A DNA stretch of 64,000 nucleotides. Source: Octopus bimaculoides. Its lineage: Eukaryota. Positions 39,066 to 52,622 of this stretch are shown here, one piece after another; the stretch's first letter is position 1; every line of letters starts with the position of its first letter. The notes beneath the pieces are model-generated. The model searched no databases. It worked only from the letters and a program-made list of their open reading frames with translations, and was not told where the DNA came from. The translations under genes and the position numbers were made by a program. The stretch is taken from positions 12,155,297 through 12,219,296 of the forward strand of contig NC_068990.1 of assembly GCF_001194135.2 (NCBI RefSeq). The letters run 5' to 3'.

Positions 39066-39290
39066 GGCATCGAGCTGGGAGAAACGTTAGCACACCAGGC
39101 GAAATGCTTACCAGTATTTCGTCTGACGTTATGTTCTGAGTTCAAATTCTGTCGAGGTTGACTTTGCCTTTCATCCTTTTGGGGTCGATAAATTAAGTAC
39201 CAGTTACACACTGGGGTCGATATAATCGACTTAATCCCTTTGTCTGTCCTTCTTTGTCCCCTCTTGGTTTTTATTCCTCTAGGGTTCATA
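39066..39290 (+). mobile_element. SINE family B copy
   Basis: Matches 11632-11859 along its length. Confidence 0.85.
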
Positions 39291-40071
39291 AAAGTACCAA
39301 ATTCAAATACTAGGGTTGATGGTAACAACTAACCCCTCAACCTCAAAAATGTAGGCTTTGTGCCTTAGAACCATTATTGTGGTGACATTAGCATATCAGA
39401 TAAATATGCACTGTGGCATTACTGCTGACTCTCTACATTCTGAGTTCAAATCCAGCTGAGGTCAGCTTTGCTTTTCATTCATTTAAGGTCAATAAGTACC
39501 ATTCAGGTACTGGGATTAATGTAATGACTTATTTCCTACTCTCACATTGCTGGCCTTGTACCAAAATTAGAAAGAATTATTATTATTAAAATCTTTAAAT
39601 AAAAAAGAAGCAAAGATTTAATTATGTAATATTTAATATTTTAATTAATTTAATGTTTTTATTATTAATCAAATGACCAATTAAATGTGTTGCAATATTT
39701 AGATATGGACCCTTAGATCCTGAGATCAAATCTCGCCATAGCCTGCTTTATTTATCATAGTTTAGGGGCCCTGATCAAATAAGTATCAGTCATGAAATGG
39801 GGTCAATCTAATTAACTGGTCAATTTCTCAAAATATGTGAGACATCATCAATTGGATGTTTATTGGCAGTCAATCCCTGTGTCATAGTAGGTCATCTTGT
39901 TCTAATCTAAAGAAACAGAGAAATCACCACCACCACCACAACCACCTCAACTATTGGTTATACTAGTGGCAGTGATGGTGGTAATCATAATGGTGGTAGT
40001 GGAGGTTATGGTAGTGGTGGTGGCGATGGTGATGGCAGCAGTGGTGGCAATGGTGATAGTAACAGTAGTAA

Positions 40072-40110
<39 letters not shown>

Positions 40111-40970
40111 TATTAGTAGTAGTAGTAGTAGTAGTAGTAGTAATGCTGTTGCTCTAATTAAACTGGAAATGTTCCAACAGGAATATCTGAGATGAAAAGA
40201 TTAAGACAAAAATAACTAAAACAAACAAAATAAGCAAGCGAACAAACAAACAAACAAACAAAAAAAAACAGAATAAAGACAGAAAGAAAAAGACAAAAAT
40301 AAAAAAAAATTATACAAATCAATCAATAAAAAAAATGAGAGAAAAATAAGTGAAGATGAGAGAAACAAGGAAAATATGAGCTTTTAATCTAAAGCTACAG
40401 CACTCTGTTTTGACGGTTTCTTGCAAGCATATTGTGAGGCCGAGTGCAGTAAAGTTACTGCACTAACCCCATTAGTATGTGCATAAACTAATTTATGATT
40501 GGTACGCTGATGAGATGGAATAACAGTGGAACCAGCAACATACTTTGTACATTTATTTATTTATTCATTCATTCTTTTTTCTCTGCATGTATCATATGTA
40601 TGTTTGTGTGTGTTTGAGGTGGCAGGAGATTGTATGTGTGTGAATGTGTGTGTGTGTGTGTATGTGTATGTGTGAATGTGTGTGTGTGTGAGAGTGTGTG
40701 TGTGTGTGTTTAAAGGAATGTATTGTGATAAGTGTATGTATATAGGTATATATGTATANNNNNNNNNNNNNNNNNNNNNNNNNNNNNNNNNNNNNNNNNN
40801 NNNNNNNNNNNNNNNNNNNNNNNNNNNNNNNNNNNNNNNNNNNNNNNNNNNNNNNNNNNNNNNNNNNNNNNNNNNNNNNNNNNNNNNNNNNNNNNNNNNN
40901 NNNNNNNNNNNNNNNNNNNNNNNNNNNNNNNNNNNNNNNNNNNNNNNNNNNNNNNNNNNNNNNNNNNNNN

Positions 40971-42524
40971 CATAGATACACATATACACGTACATATATG
41001 TGTACATTGACGTATACACATAGATACACATATGCATGCGCACATGCACACACACACAAATATAACTTCAAATACACACATATACTCGCATATATATATT
41101 TATGTATCATATTCATAAAGACACACAAACTTGTTGTGTACGCATACACAAACATACATGTATATAAACATATGTAAATGCAAATATGCGTGTGTTTTTA
41201 TATGTGATTAAGTGCACTCACACATGCACATACACTCACGATATACACTCACATATGCACATAGGCAAACAAGAACCGTTATGTACATGAGTGTTTATAT
41301 ATGCATGCATTTGCATAGATATATGCATATTTATTAAATTATATTCCTTACTGGTAAATTCAATTTAATAACTATCTCAGTCTTCGGTGTGTATTAAGTA
41401 TTCTAATTTTGTTCGTGATAACACCTACAATCTTTTATATATACATGCATGTGTGTATGTGTTTATATGCTTGTATGTAAGTGTATACATACGTATATAC
41501 ATAAGTCTATGCAATAACATCTACGAATGCACTTCCACATATTTGTACAAATGTCTCTCTGTTAATACACACATATACTTAGCTATGCGTGTGTGTATAT
41601 ATATANNNNNNNNNNAGTGTGTGTGTGTGTGTTTAAAGGAATGTATTGTGATAAGTGTATGTATATAGGTATATATGTATATGAATGTATATGTAAGTAT
41701 ATATAGGTACATGTACATATATGTGCATGCGTGTGCATGCGTGTGTGTGTAGATATATATATATATGCTTGTGTATAAACAGTTAGATAGATAGACCGAC
41801 AGACAGACAGACAACAGATTGAGGGATAGAAAGATAGATAAATAGATAGATAAACTAATAGATAGATAGATTGTGTGTGTGTGAGTGTACAAAGGAATGT
41901 GCCTGCATATGTGTAGATATGGATATATATTTATACATAAATATGTGTGTGTGTGTTTCTGTATGTGTATTTGTGTGTGTGCATTTGTGTCATATATAAA
42001 TATGAAGTACATTGACATATACACATAGATACACATATACATGTACATATATGTGTACATTGACGTATACACATAGATACACATATACACGTACATATAT
42101 GTGTACATTGACGTATACACATAGATACACATATGCATGCGCACATGCACACACACACAAATATAACTTCAAATACACACATATACTCGCATATATATAT
42201 TTATGTATCATATTCATAAAGACACACAAACTTGTTGTGTACGCATACACAAACATACATGTATATAAACATATGTAAATGCAAATATGCGTGTGTTTTT
42301 ATATGTGATTAAGTGCACTCACACATGCACATACACTCACGATATACACTCACATATGCACATAGGCAAACAAGAACCGTTATGTACATGAGTGTTTATA
42401 TATGCATGCATTTGCATAGATATATGCATATTTATTAAATTATATTCCTTACTGGTAAATTCAATTTAATAACTATCTCAGTCTTCGGTGTGTATTAAGT
42501 ATTCTAATTTTGTTCGTGATAACA
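40971..42524 (+). repeat. Direct duplication, offset 1101 bp (40971-41423 = 42072-42524), with an internal 48-bp tandem
   Basis: Apparently identical 453-bp copies, each next to an N-gap. The 48-bp unit tacattgacgtatacacatagatacacatatacacgtacatatatgtg is repeated about 3 times at 42009-42140. Confidence 0.9.
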
Positions 42525-43066
42525 NNNNNNNNNNNNNNNNNNNNNNNNNNNNNNNNNNNNNNNNNNNNNNNNNNNNNNNNNNNNNNNNNNNNNNNNNNNN
42601 NNNNNNNNNNNNNNNNNNNNNNNNNNNNNNNNNNNNNNNNNNNNNNNNNNNNNNNNNNNNNNNNNNNNNNNNNNNNNNNNNNNNNNNNNNNNNNNNNNNN
42701 NNNNNNNNNNNNNNNNNNNNNNNNNNNNNNNNNNNNNNNNNNNNNNNNNNNNNNNNNNNNNNNNNNNNNNNNNNNNNNNNNNNNNNNNNNNNNNNNNNNN
42801 NNNNNNNNNNNNNNNNNNNNNNNNNNNNNNNNNNNNNNNNNNNNNNNNNNNNNNNNNNNNNNNNNNNNNNNNNNNNNNNNNNNNNNNNNNNNNNNNNNNN
42901 NNNNNNNNNNNNNNNNNNNNNNNNNNNNNNNNNNNNNNNNNNNNNNNNNNNNNNNNNNNNNNNNNNNNNNNNNNNNNNNNNNNNNNNNNNNNNNNNNNNN
43001 NNNNNNNNNNNNNNNNNNNNNNNNNNNNNNNNNNNNNNNNNNNNNNNNNNNNNNNNNNNNNNNNNN

Positions 43067-43107
<41 letters not shown>

Positions 43108-43709
43108 AACATACACACAGATGTATGCATTATGTATACACATAAACACAGGCAAATATTCAAATGCACGTAGACATACGTGCATGCACACAAACACTCA
43201 AACATACACATGCAGAAATACAAAGCCATTTCTCAGCTAAGAACATTTCCGTTTAAAAACTCTAAGGCTTCCTCCACTGAAACATTCTTACAGATTTTAA
43301 AATGTAAAATGGAATATTCCAGTGTCCTAAATAGAAATTAATTAAACGAGGAAAACAAAGGTGTATATTCACACATACACACACACACAGAAACACATGC
43401 ACTCATTCATATGCATACATATATATGTATGTTAATTTAATTATATCTGTATGTATATTCATTAAATTATATGTGTGTCTATATATATGTATACATATAT
43501 GTATTACATATATATATTTATATCCTTATATACATATATATATATATAGTATAAATATATATGCACACATATATTTATATGCTATATACATACATATATA
43601 TGCATGGATATATACATCTATGTAGAAATAAGATATATATACATATAAATTTGTTTGAATATATATACATGTGTATATATATATGTATATGTGTATATAC
43701 ATATATATA

Positions 43710-43747
<38 letters not shown>

Positions 43748-44538
43748 NNNNNNNNNNNNNNNNNNNNNNNNNNNNNNNNNNNNNNNNNNNNNNNNNNNNN
43801 NNNATATATACATATACATACAGAAAATTTATATAAATGTGCCTGTATATCATTGTGTTGATTAATAATTTCCACAGAAGTTTGTGTGTGTGCATGTAAT
43901 GTATATATGTAGATATGGGAATTTATCTGTATATGTATGCAGGTGTGTGTGTGCGTGTGTGTGTGTGTGTGTGTGCGTGTGTGTGTGCGTGTGTCATTCT
44001 TTTATTCTGTTTTCCTGCCATCACCTCACACAGTATACGTTTCCCATCAGATGGAATTCAAACTGTTCACAGTAATCACCTCATCTAAATAATTTTAACA
44101 CATCCATCCACCACCAGTCATATCTCTCTTAACAAGTTCTAATATCTATGATTGTCTGTACTTCCTATTATATGTATATGTCTCTGTATGAACGAACACA
44201 TACATATATATACACACATATACACAAATACATACCTAAACATATAGCTATATATATACATATATATAAACACACACATGGTTTGTACAGGGAGTGATGC
44301 TTGTGGCAATGAGAGCAATATGGTCATCACAATTATATTATAATCATAGTCATCTTCGTGGTTGTTATGAATGTTCATAATGACAAGAATCAGCCCAGCA
44401 TTCATGATTTTAAGAAACTGTTAACACCCATATAATCATTTGATATTTTAACCAGCTTCTATACACTTGTATTAGGAGCACTAAATATGTGTTTGTATGT
44501 GGGGTATATGTATGTACGTACGTACGTATGTATGTATG

Positions 44539-44572
<34 letters not shown>

Positions 44573-45954
44573 TGTATGCACGTATGTATGTATGAATGTG
44601 CTCACACTCATACCTGTATATACATGGATATTGTTCTACTTGTGTGAGTGTGTGTAAAGCAGAGAGAAATTACACGCTATAAAATACTGCTCTAGATAAA
44701 TTATTGGCTTGTTAACATCATCTCCCCTTCAAAATATCATAGGCATGGCTTAAGGTGTTGTCGAGAGATTTGCATTCAAACTGCATGGTTTCAGGTTCGG
44801 TCCTCTTGCATGACACCTTGTGCTAGTGTCTTCTGCCATGGCCCATCTCCATTCTAACTAGGTTCTTGTGAGGAGATTTGTTGGCAGGATGCTGAAGGCA
44901 ACTTGCCAGATATATGTATGTGTGTATTTATGTATATATGTCAGGGAGGGGAGTGTTTGTGGATAGTTCTCTTGAGATTGTAAATAGTTGTCAGCAAGTA
45001 TCACTTTCAGAACCAATGCCATTCAATTTGCAATCTTTCATGGAAACATATCAAGGCATGGAAAAATATTACCTTGTTCAGAAACATGTGAGGGTTGATG
45101 GCAGGAAGGTCATTCAGCTGTAGAGAATCTCTGGTGTTTATCACATACAGACTTCCATGAAAAACATGTCTGAGTATGAGGAAATATTACTTTGCATAGA
45201 AAGAGGTGTTGGGCTGGTATCAAGAAGAGCATCTGGCTGTAAAAAATCTGCCTCAATGAATGTAAGCAAAGAAGAGTGAATGTTAACATTTAGCACACTT
45301 AGGCACATAATGTTGCCATATGAGTTTTTCTCCTCTGTAGCTGTAGGTATATTATGCCACAATGTGAGGGGAGAGAACTCATACAGTGACATGATGTGCT
45401 TAGAAGGTTAAATGACAACCACAAAAACAACGATGATGATAACGACGACGATGACAACAACGATGATGATAATGATAATTAATCAATTCATACAACTGGC
45501 TTTACTATCAGTTATCACAAAGGAGATTTAAATAATATCATTTTAACTAAAATTTCCTTAGATCAAATTCCCCTGCGTTTCCTCATTAAAAGGTCAGTTT
45601 TCTGATAGTGTCACCTCCACTACTTTCAGATGCCAGCATTTCAAACACTCAGTGTTTATGATTCCTTCTAACTTTGGTACAAGGCCACCAATTTTAAGGG
45701 TAATGAGAAGTTGATCTCATTAACCCTAGTGCTCAATTTATAGACTCTGAGAGGATGAAAGAAGGCAAAGCCAGCCTCAGCAACAGTTGCAATACCATTA
45801 AGCATTTTGTCCATCATGGTAATGATTCTGAAGCTAACCACCTCCAGCATGTTTATCATAAAATTAAAATGTAAAAATAAACACAAAAAGTAACTGAAAA
45901 ATACAATTGTAAAGAATTAATCGATTTATATTTATATATAATTAACCTATTGTA

Positions 45955-46250
45955 TATAGTACTCAGGCATGCTACAACTCATCAGGAAAAGTAAGCAAAA
46001 CTGCATAAACAGTGCATAAAAAATGCACAGGAAGTGAACAGTGAATAAGTCTTCAGAAGAAAAAACAAAACAGGGCTGGTGGAGCATTAAGTGTACTGTT
46101 GGCAAATTTCAGGAAGCTTGGAAGTTTTGAAGGATGTAGAGTCCCAACAGCTAACAACTGATGCAACTAGTTTATTCCATGCTTCAGCAATTCTGAGCTA
46201 AAAATAAAAGCTGTTTCTGAAAGTCATGGGTGCGATATTGCTTTTTAATT
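45955..46250 (-). mobile_element. CR1/L2-like LINE 3' end
   Basis: Minus strand 46243-46087 reads KQYRTHDFQKQ/RIAEAWNKLVASVVSCWDSTSFKTSKLPEICQQYT*, matching the CR1-type RVxxxWNxLPxxVVxxxSxxxFKxxL C-terminus. Confidence 0.75.
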
Positions 46251-46275
46251 TTATAGTCCCTACATCATCTTCAAG

Positions 46276-46526
46276 TGGAGGCGCATGGCTTAGTGGTTAG
46301 GGTGTCAGCATCATGATCGTAAGATTGTGATTTCGATTCCTGGACCGGGTGACGCATTGTGTTCTTGAGCAAAACACTTCATTTCACATTGTTCCAGTCC
46401 GCTCAGCTGGCAAAAATGAGTAACGCTGCGACGGACTGGCGTCCCGTCCAGCTAGGGAACATGTTTGCCATTGTAACTGGGAAACTGGGCCCATGAGCCT
46501 GGCTAGGCTTTAAAAGGGCACATTTG
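46276..46526 (+). mobile_element. SINE family F, full length with 14-bp TSD
   Basis: acatcatcttcaag (46262-46275) / acatcatcttgaag (46527-46540). tRNA-like head tggcttagtgg...gatttcgattcc. Confidence 0.88.
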
Positions 46527-47152
46527 ACATCATCTTGAAGCCAATGGCTATTTAGTGGCACACTTAGGTTCCAGGTACCAATCCTAATTTGGAAACACAG
46601 CTCTTAAATATCAAGAACTAAAGTCAACCTTGGCAGAATTCAAGGTCATACCATCAAGAAAGTAACCAAATACCACAAGGTATTTTCCTCTCATGCCCAA
46701 ATATTTCTAGGTAATAACCATGGCTTCATGACATTTATAACATATCAATAATATTATGATAATCAGTAATAGGTTTATCCTCTTCTAGTTTCTGTTTTAC
46801 ATAAATATATTATTGATCCGGCTCATTTTCAGTTTTCACTTTATGTAAATTATATATTCTGAGCTTTTGGGCTAAGAATAATTAGATTTTTCTGTTCTTT
46901 TTGTATATATGAATGTTTATCACTCTTTCATCTTTCTGTCACTATTCATATATACATGTGTGTGTGTGTGTCTATGTGTATGCATATATATATGCATGTA
47001 AACATATGTGTATATGTATATTCATACATATATGTATGTATGTATATATATATATATATATACACATATATATATAAAGTAACAGTTTTTGCCAACATAA
47101 TGTGGTAGCCCCATTTTGGGGCAAATGCTACTGCTGTTTAGCCCCAGGAGAC

Positions 47153-47201
<49 letters not shown>

Positions 47202-47329
47202 TGTGTGTGCAAATATATTATATGTATATGTATTTTATACATATGTATATATTATATTGTTGTATTATATATCATTTTCATATACATATTGTTATACATA
47301 TACGGGTGAGGTGTTTGTATCTGAATGTG

Positions 47330-47389
<60 letters not shown>

Positions 47390-47628
47390 TACATACATAT
47401 ACATATATATTGTTAATGAGTTTGAAATAATTACATTACACCCAAACTCCAATTATCTAATAAGACTAATTACTTGACAGACAAAAGAATTTTGCTTCCC
47501 ACTAAAATTCATTCTCTCGCAATATTTATTCCGATATTATCTTCCAGTAATAACCAATGATTTCTTTCTATTAATGATACCAACTTTGTTGGAATCGTCT
47601 CTCTCACTCTCCCTCCTGCCTCTCTCTC

Positions 47629-47662
<34 letters not shown>

Positions 47663-48308
47663 AAGGAGGTTCACTTGTTATAGTTTAAGTTGTTTGCTTT
47701 TATTGTTGGTAATGTTATTGTTGTTGTAGTTTGTGCTTTGTTATTGATTGTATTGTTGTTAACAATTGTTTTTTTTTGGGGGGGGGAGGAGGTTTCTTTA
47801 AAAGGAATGGACAATCACATCTGACTCTGTCTACGAATTATAAAGAAACTAAAAATCTGACACTTGTTCTTCGTTTCTATGCGTACATAATTATACAAAA
47901 TTGCTTTTAACAGGAAATTTCCAAGGGGCAATGGTTGAGACTATGCGTGGACAATCGTCCATGCTACAAATGGCAGACAAATTTCCTTCAAATAATACAT
48001 CCTACAAATCATTGTTATCATTACCATTATTGAATATTTCATCGTTTCAAGCAGCCATATAGGGCCTAAATATTCTACCTGTTATTGGTTCAAACTGACC
48101 AGATACAGTCTCTCAGACCTACCCTAAAATGTCCTAGAAGTATACAATCACATCATCAATCACAAAAGTACATGATAATACATTCTGATCTATGTATACT
48201 AACGAATCCAGTGCGTTGGGTTGCTCAGGGTCATATAATGCTACTAAAACAGCCCTGGTGAGATGTCAAGACAGAAGACAGAAACACTCACACTCTCTTT
48301 CTCTCCCT

Positions 48309-48339
<31 letters not shown>

Positions 48340-48401
48340 GTCCATCTTTCTGTCTATCTATCTATCTATCTACCTATCTATCTATCTATCTATCTATCTA
48401 C

Positions 48402-48448
<47 letters not shown>

Positions 48449-49194
48449 CCTATCTACCTATCTATCTATCTATCTATCTATCTCTATTTCTATCTATCCA
48501 TCTATCTATTTCTCTCTCTCCCTCCTTCCATCTTTCTCTCCCTCCATCTCTTTCTCTCTCTCTCTCTCTTTCATGCGCACACACTCCCACAATGGCCCAC
48601 TAGATTCATTCACAAGACTTTGTTTGACCCAAGAGCTATAGCAGAAGACATTAGGACAGGTGCCACACAGCAGTGTTGAACCCAAATCCTCGAGGTTGCA
48701 AAGCAGCCTTCTTAACCACACAGCCATACCAGCACTTAACCAAGTGCAGGTGATGCAAATCATTTTTGGCTAATAAAGCAAACAGACTGTAGATGAAGTG
48801 TTGTAAAACAATGGGTACAAATCATTATATAACTTTAGAATTTTAGCATTATTAATTAAAATATAGATTGATGTCTGCTGATATATTTAAACTAATTTAC
48901 TATCAACAGTCTCATCATCATTTTCATTATTTCTCATTATCATCATCACCATCAGCATCAATATAATTATTGCAAGCATCAATTTAGTCAGTAAATAAGC
49001 TAGAAAATGCACCCAAATTTCTTTCCAATCCCATGTTAATGTCTTGGAGAAAGAGAGACACTAAATAATATCAGCACAAATGTGCTGATGTTCATATGTG
49101 TGTGTGTGTGTGTGTGTGTCTCTGTGTCTGTGTGTATGATAGATTGCTAGCCATTAGACCTTTTTTATTTTCTCTCCCTGTTTATTTCTGTGAT

Positions 49195-49232
49195 CCTTTC
49201 TTTCAAAGAGCGTAGGCTCGAAACATAAAAGG
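49195..49232 (+). ncRNA. Degenerate minimal type I hammerhead-like motif
   Basis: Stem I CCTTT/AAAGG, decayed core CTTTCAA, perfect stem II GAGC-GTAG-GCTC (49208-49219), GAAAC (49220-49224), then ATA (GUA if a CpG decayed). Confidence 0.45.
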
Positions 49233-49460
49233 CTTTCTCACTTCCCGAGCATTAAACAACTACATCTGTTTGTTGTTTAGACACCTGTCTTCATATTTTG
49301 TTTTTTTTTAAATTTTCACTATATATATATATATATNNNNNNNNNNNNNNNNNNNNNNNNNNNNNNNNNNNNNNNNNNNNNNNNNNNNNNNNNNNNNNNN
49401 NNNNNNNNNNNNNNNNNNNNNNNNNNNNNNNNNNNNNNNNNNNNATATGTATGTATTTAG

Positions 49461-49506
<46 letters not shown>

Positions 49507-50498
49507 TTAGAAATATATATGTGTGAAAAGGTTGAGTTCTATTTCATCCTTTACTTTGGAGGGTTCCAAAGGGGCGATTTCTGACAAAAATTCTTCATAT
49601 TTCATTGGTAGCTTACTGGCATAAGATTTTTGCGAATATGAAATTATTACATGTATATGGTGTGTGATGAGAATTTATGGAAAGGTACCCCATAGAAAGT
49701 CAACAAACTGTTAAAGATGGAGTAGAGAATATGTTAAAATTCTCTTTGAAATTTTAACATGTTTTCTTCTCCATCTTTCACAGTTTGTTGAGATTTTATG
49801 GGATACTTTTCCATAAATTCTCATCACACACCATATATTCGTATTTATGTGTATGTGTATGAGTTTGTGTGTACCTTTGTCTTGACATTTCATAACTGGT
49901 CGTAAATGAGCATCATTTTCATACAAGCGAGGTTGTTCATTTCCAATCTTCCTCAGAAAACATGTCTAGCTATGGAAAAAATTACCTTGCTATATTATGT
50001 CAAGACAAAACAAAGAATGGTCATATAAACTGATACAAATCCATTCTTTGATATATAACTCTGTGTGTGCCTATGTATGTGAATGCATGTATAGTTATTC
50101 ATAAATACAGAGAATGATGCCAAATATCTACAGAAAGTCAGGCAGTGAATTGGTAGAATCATTATCATGTTGAACAAAATATTTAGCAGCATTTCATCCA
50201 TCTTCATATTCTGCATTCAAATTTTGCTGAGGTTGAATCTGCCTTTCATCCTTTTGGGGGTCAATAAAGTAGGTACCAGTTGAGTACTGAGGTCGCTGTG
50301 ATTGACTTACCCCTCACCTGACATTGCTGGCTTTGTGCCAAAATATGAAATCAGTATCTACATAAAGTTATCTCCCCATGAAGTCATAGCTGTTACGTCA
50401 CATGACACTTTAAACATTTTGCTTTTACTCTCCAAGAGCAAAGCTGACATGTAAATGCATTTCGAGCATCAGAGAAAGATATGTGATTATATCACATA

Positions 50499-51078
50499 TA
50501 CACAGACACGCAGGAAGTAAATAGACACCTTTAATTTTCAAAATCTTTTATTTGATATTAATTGATTGAAGCAGAGGTTTTCTTCTTGCTGCTCTTCAAT
50601 AATACCCAAGTTTATGCAGATATGTAACACATGTTCTTGGACTAACTTCTAGCTGTTTTGCAATGTCAGAAGCCATCGAATGGAGTTCGTTTTCCACAAT
50701 TCTCTTCAAACAGCGAAGCTTCCTTTCCAAGGGCCCAGGTAGGCTGAGACAAGAATCTGTTGATTCTTTTCCTTGGCTTTTGAATTGCGCTATAATTCTA
50801 TTAACAGTAGCAAGAGGAATTTGAAGATTTTTGGCAATTTTTCGCTGGCTAAGACCAGCCTCAGATTGCTCAACAATACGACCCCTTTGAAAATCTGACA
50901 GCTATGCTGAATCTTTTGTGTGTGGCATGGTTACTCTTCGCAAATGTTTAATATATTGGCATCTGGAATGAAAAAGAATAATTACATTGTAAATTATACA
51001 CTGCTGAAAACATATTAAGACACTTAGATCAGAAATTTTGAAAATTAAAGGTATCTATTTACTTCCTGCATGTCTGTA
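50499..51078 (-). mobile_element. Internally deleted Tc1-family transposon with about 45-bp TIRs and TA flanks
   Basis: cacagacacgcaggaagtaaatagacacctttaattttcaaaat (50501-50544) is the near reverse complement of 51035-51076. TA at 50499-50500 and 51077-51078. Confidence 0.88.
50551..50928 (-). pseudogene. Tc1 transposase N-terminal DNA-binding region with in-frame stops; DDE domain missing
   Basis: [124 protein letters not shown]. The LSxFxRGRIV and RxARRKPLL motifs are typical of Tc1. Confidence 0.9.
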
Positions 51079-51533
51079 TATGTGGAAAACATTGCGCTTG
51101 TAATCAGCAGCTGTCCAATGATGTCAAGATATTACCTTCTTGTGCAAAATATTGATGTTGTTAAAGCAATATACAATGCCATCAATAGTAAAGATTTATC
51201 TGGGACAAATAGGAAGACTATATTTGATGTTTGATATATCCATACAATCATATCATAAAGAATATTAATAGAACATTCCCACCAAAACTTCCACTGGGCA
51301 TATAGCTGATATACAGCTGTTTCTTTTATCATTTACTTGTTTCAGTCATTGAATGGAAACCATTCTGAGATGCTGCCTTGAAGTATTTCGTCAAATTTAT
51401 TTTTTAAGTTTGTTACTTATTCTCTAGGTCTCTTTTGCTGAACTGCCAAGTTACTTGAATGTAAACAAACTAACACTTGTTATCAGTGAGGGGAAAAACA
51501 CAAAGTCACACATACACACACACACACACACAT

Positions 51534-51566
<33 letters not shown>

Positions 51567-51681
51567 TGCACACACAAACACAAACACACAAACACACTCA
51601 AACACACATACACACAGCTTGAATTTTTAGAATTTAAGTTCAATGGCTAGAAACCTCTAGCTTTCCCAGACTGTTATTTAA

Positions 51682-51968
51682 CCCTTGGCCTGTCCTGTGT
51701 ATCAAATATGATAGATTTTCCTGGCATCCAGTCATCATAAACGACAAACATTTTCATTACCAACCCAGCTGAAACTGGCTCTGACTCTGAGTATAAATGT
51801 CTTGTTTTCATAAGTTTTGAATTAAAATCTTCCACCAAACCTTAGTCACAATTTATGCTCCTAACATTAGCTGAATGATAACTAAGTTATTTTACTAAAT
51901 TCTTTGTTGTATTTAAAGTAATTGATAGAAATACAGAGCATCTCAAAATAAATACAGTAATGAAAGGG
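51682..51968. mobile_element. piggyBac-like MITE with TTAA TSD
   Basis: TTAA (51678-51681)-CCCTT...AAGGG-TTAA (51969-51972). Confidence 0.8.
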
Positions 51969-52585
51969 TTAACCACCAGAGAAACTTTGAACATATAAAA
52001 GGAAGGCTTTATATTACTCTCAGAACGTATGAAACAGGGGCTAACTAAAAGTTTGATAACTAGTGTTGATGTTTAGGACAAACTTATGGAAAGGCTTCAG
52101 ACAGACAACTGCAACCTTTTTTAAGAAGTGAACTGTATGAGCCATGGTTTGCCATCGAGTAGGCTGCACTTCTAAAAAAGAGTCAATTTTCCATTACACA
52201 GCTCATTTAGAAAACACTTGGGATACAGTTTGCCCATGACAGGGTTAAACACTGAAAAAACATAAAGAAATTCACTATGATCATGGGTAAAAATATAAAT
52301 TTGTAATCTGAGTAGATAAATTATAGATTTAAAAACAACTCATCTTGAGTGTTTCTTTTCATTCTTATTTTAAATGAAATATTCACATCTGCTGCTCAGT
52401 TGACTGCAACAAGAATATATAATTTGTTTTCTGCACCAAAGAGTTGCAGGCATGGTTGTGTGGTTAAGAAGCTCGCTTTGCAACTAATTGGTTTTGGGTT
52501 CAGTTCCACAGTGCGGCAACTTGGTCGAATGTCTTCTATATCCCCAGGCTGACCAATGCCTAATGAATGAATTGTGTGAAGCTTG

Positions 52586-52622
<37 letters not shown>

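Noticed and set aside
47913-47922. Palindromic NF-kB-like site GGAAATTTCC
   Set aside because: A single 10-mer without supporting clustering is not far from chance in this base composition.
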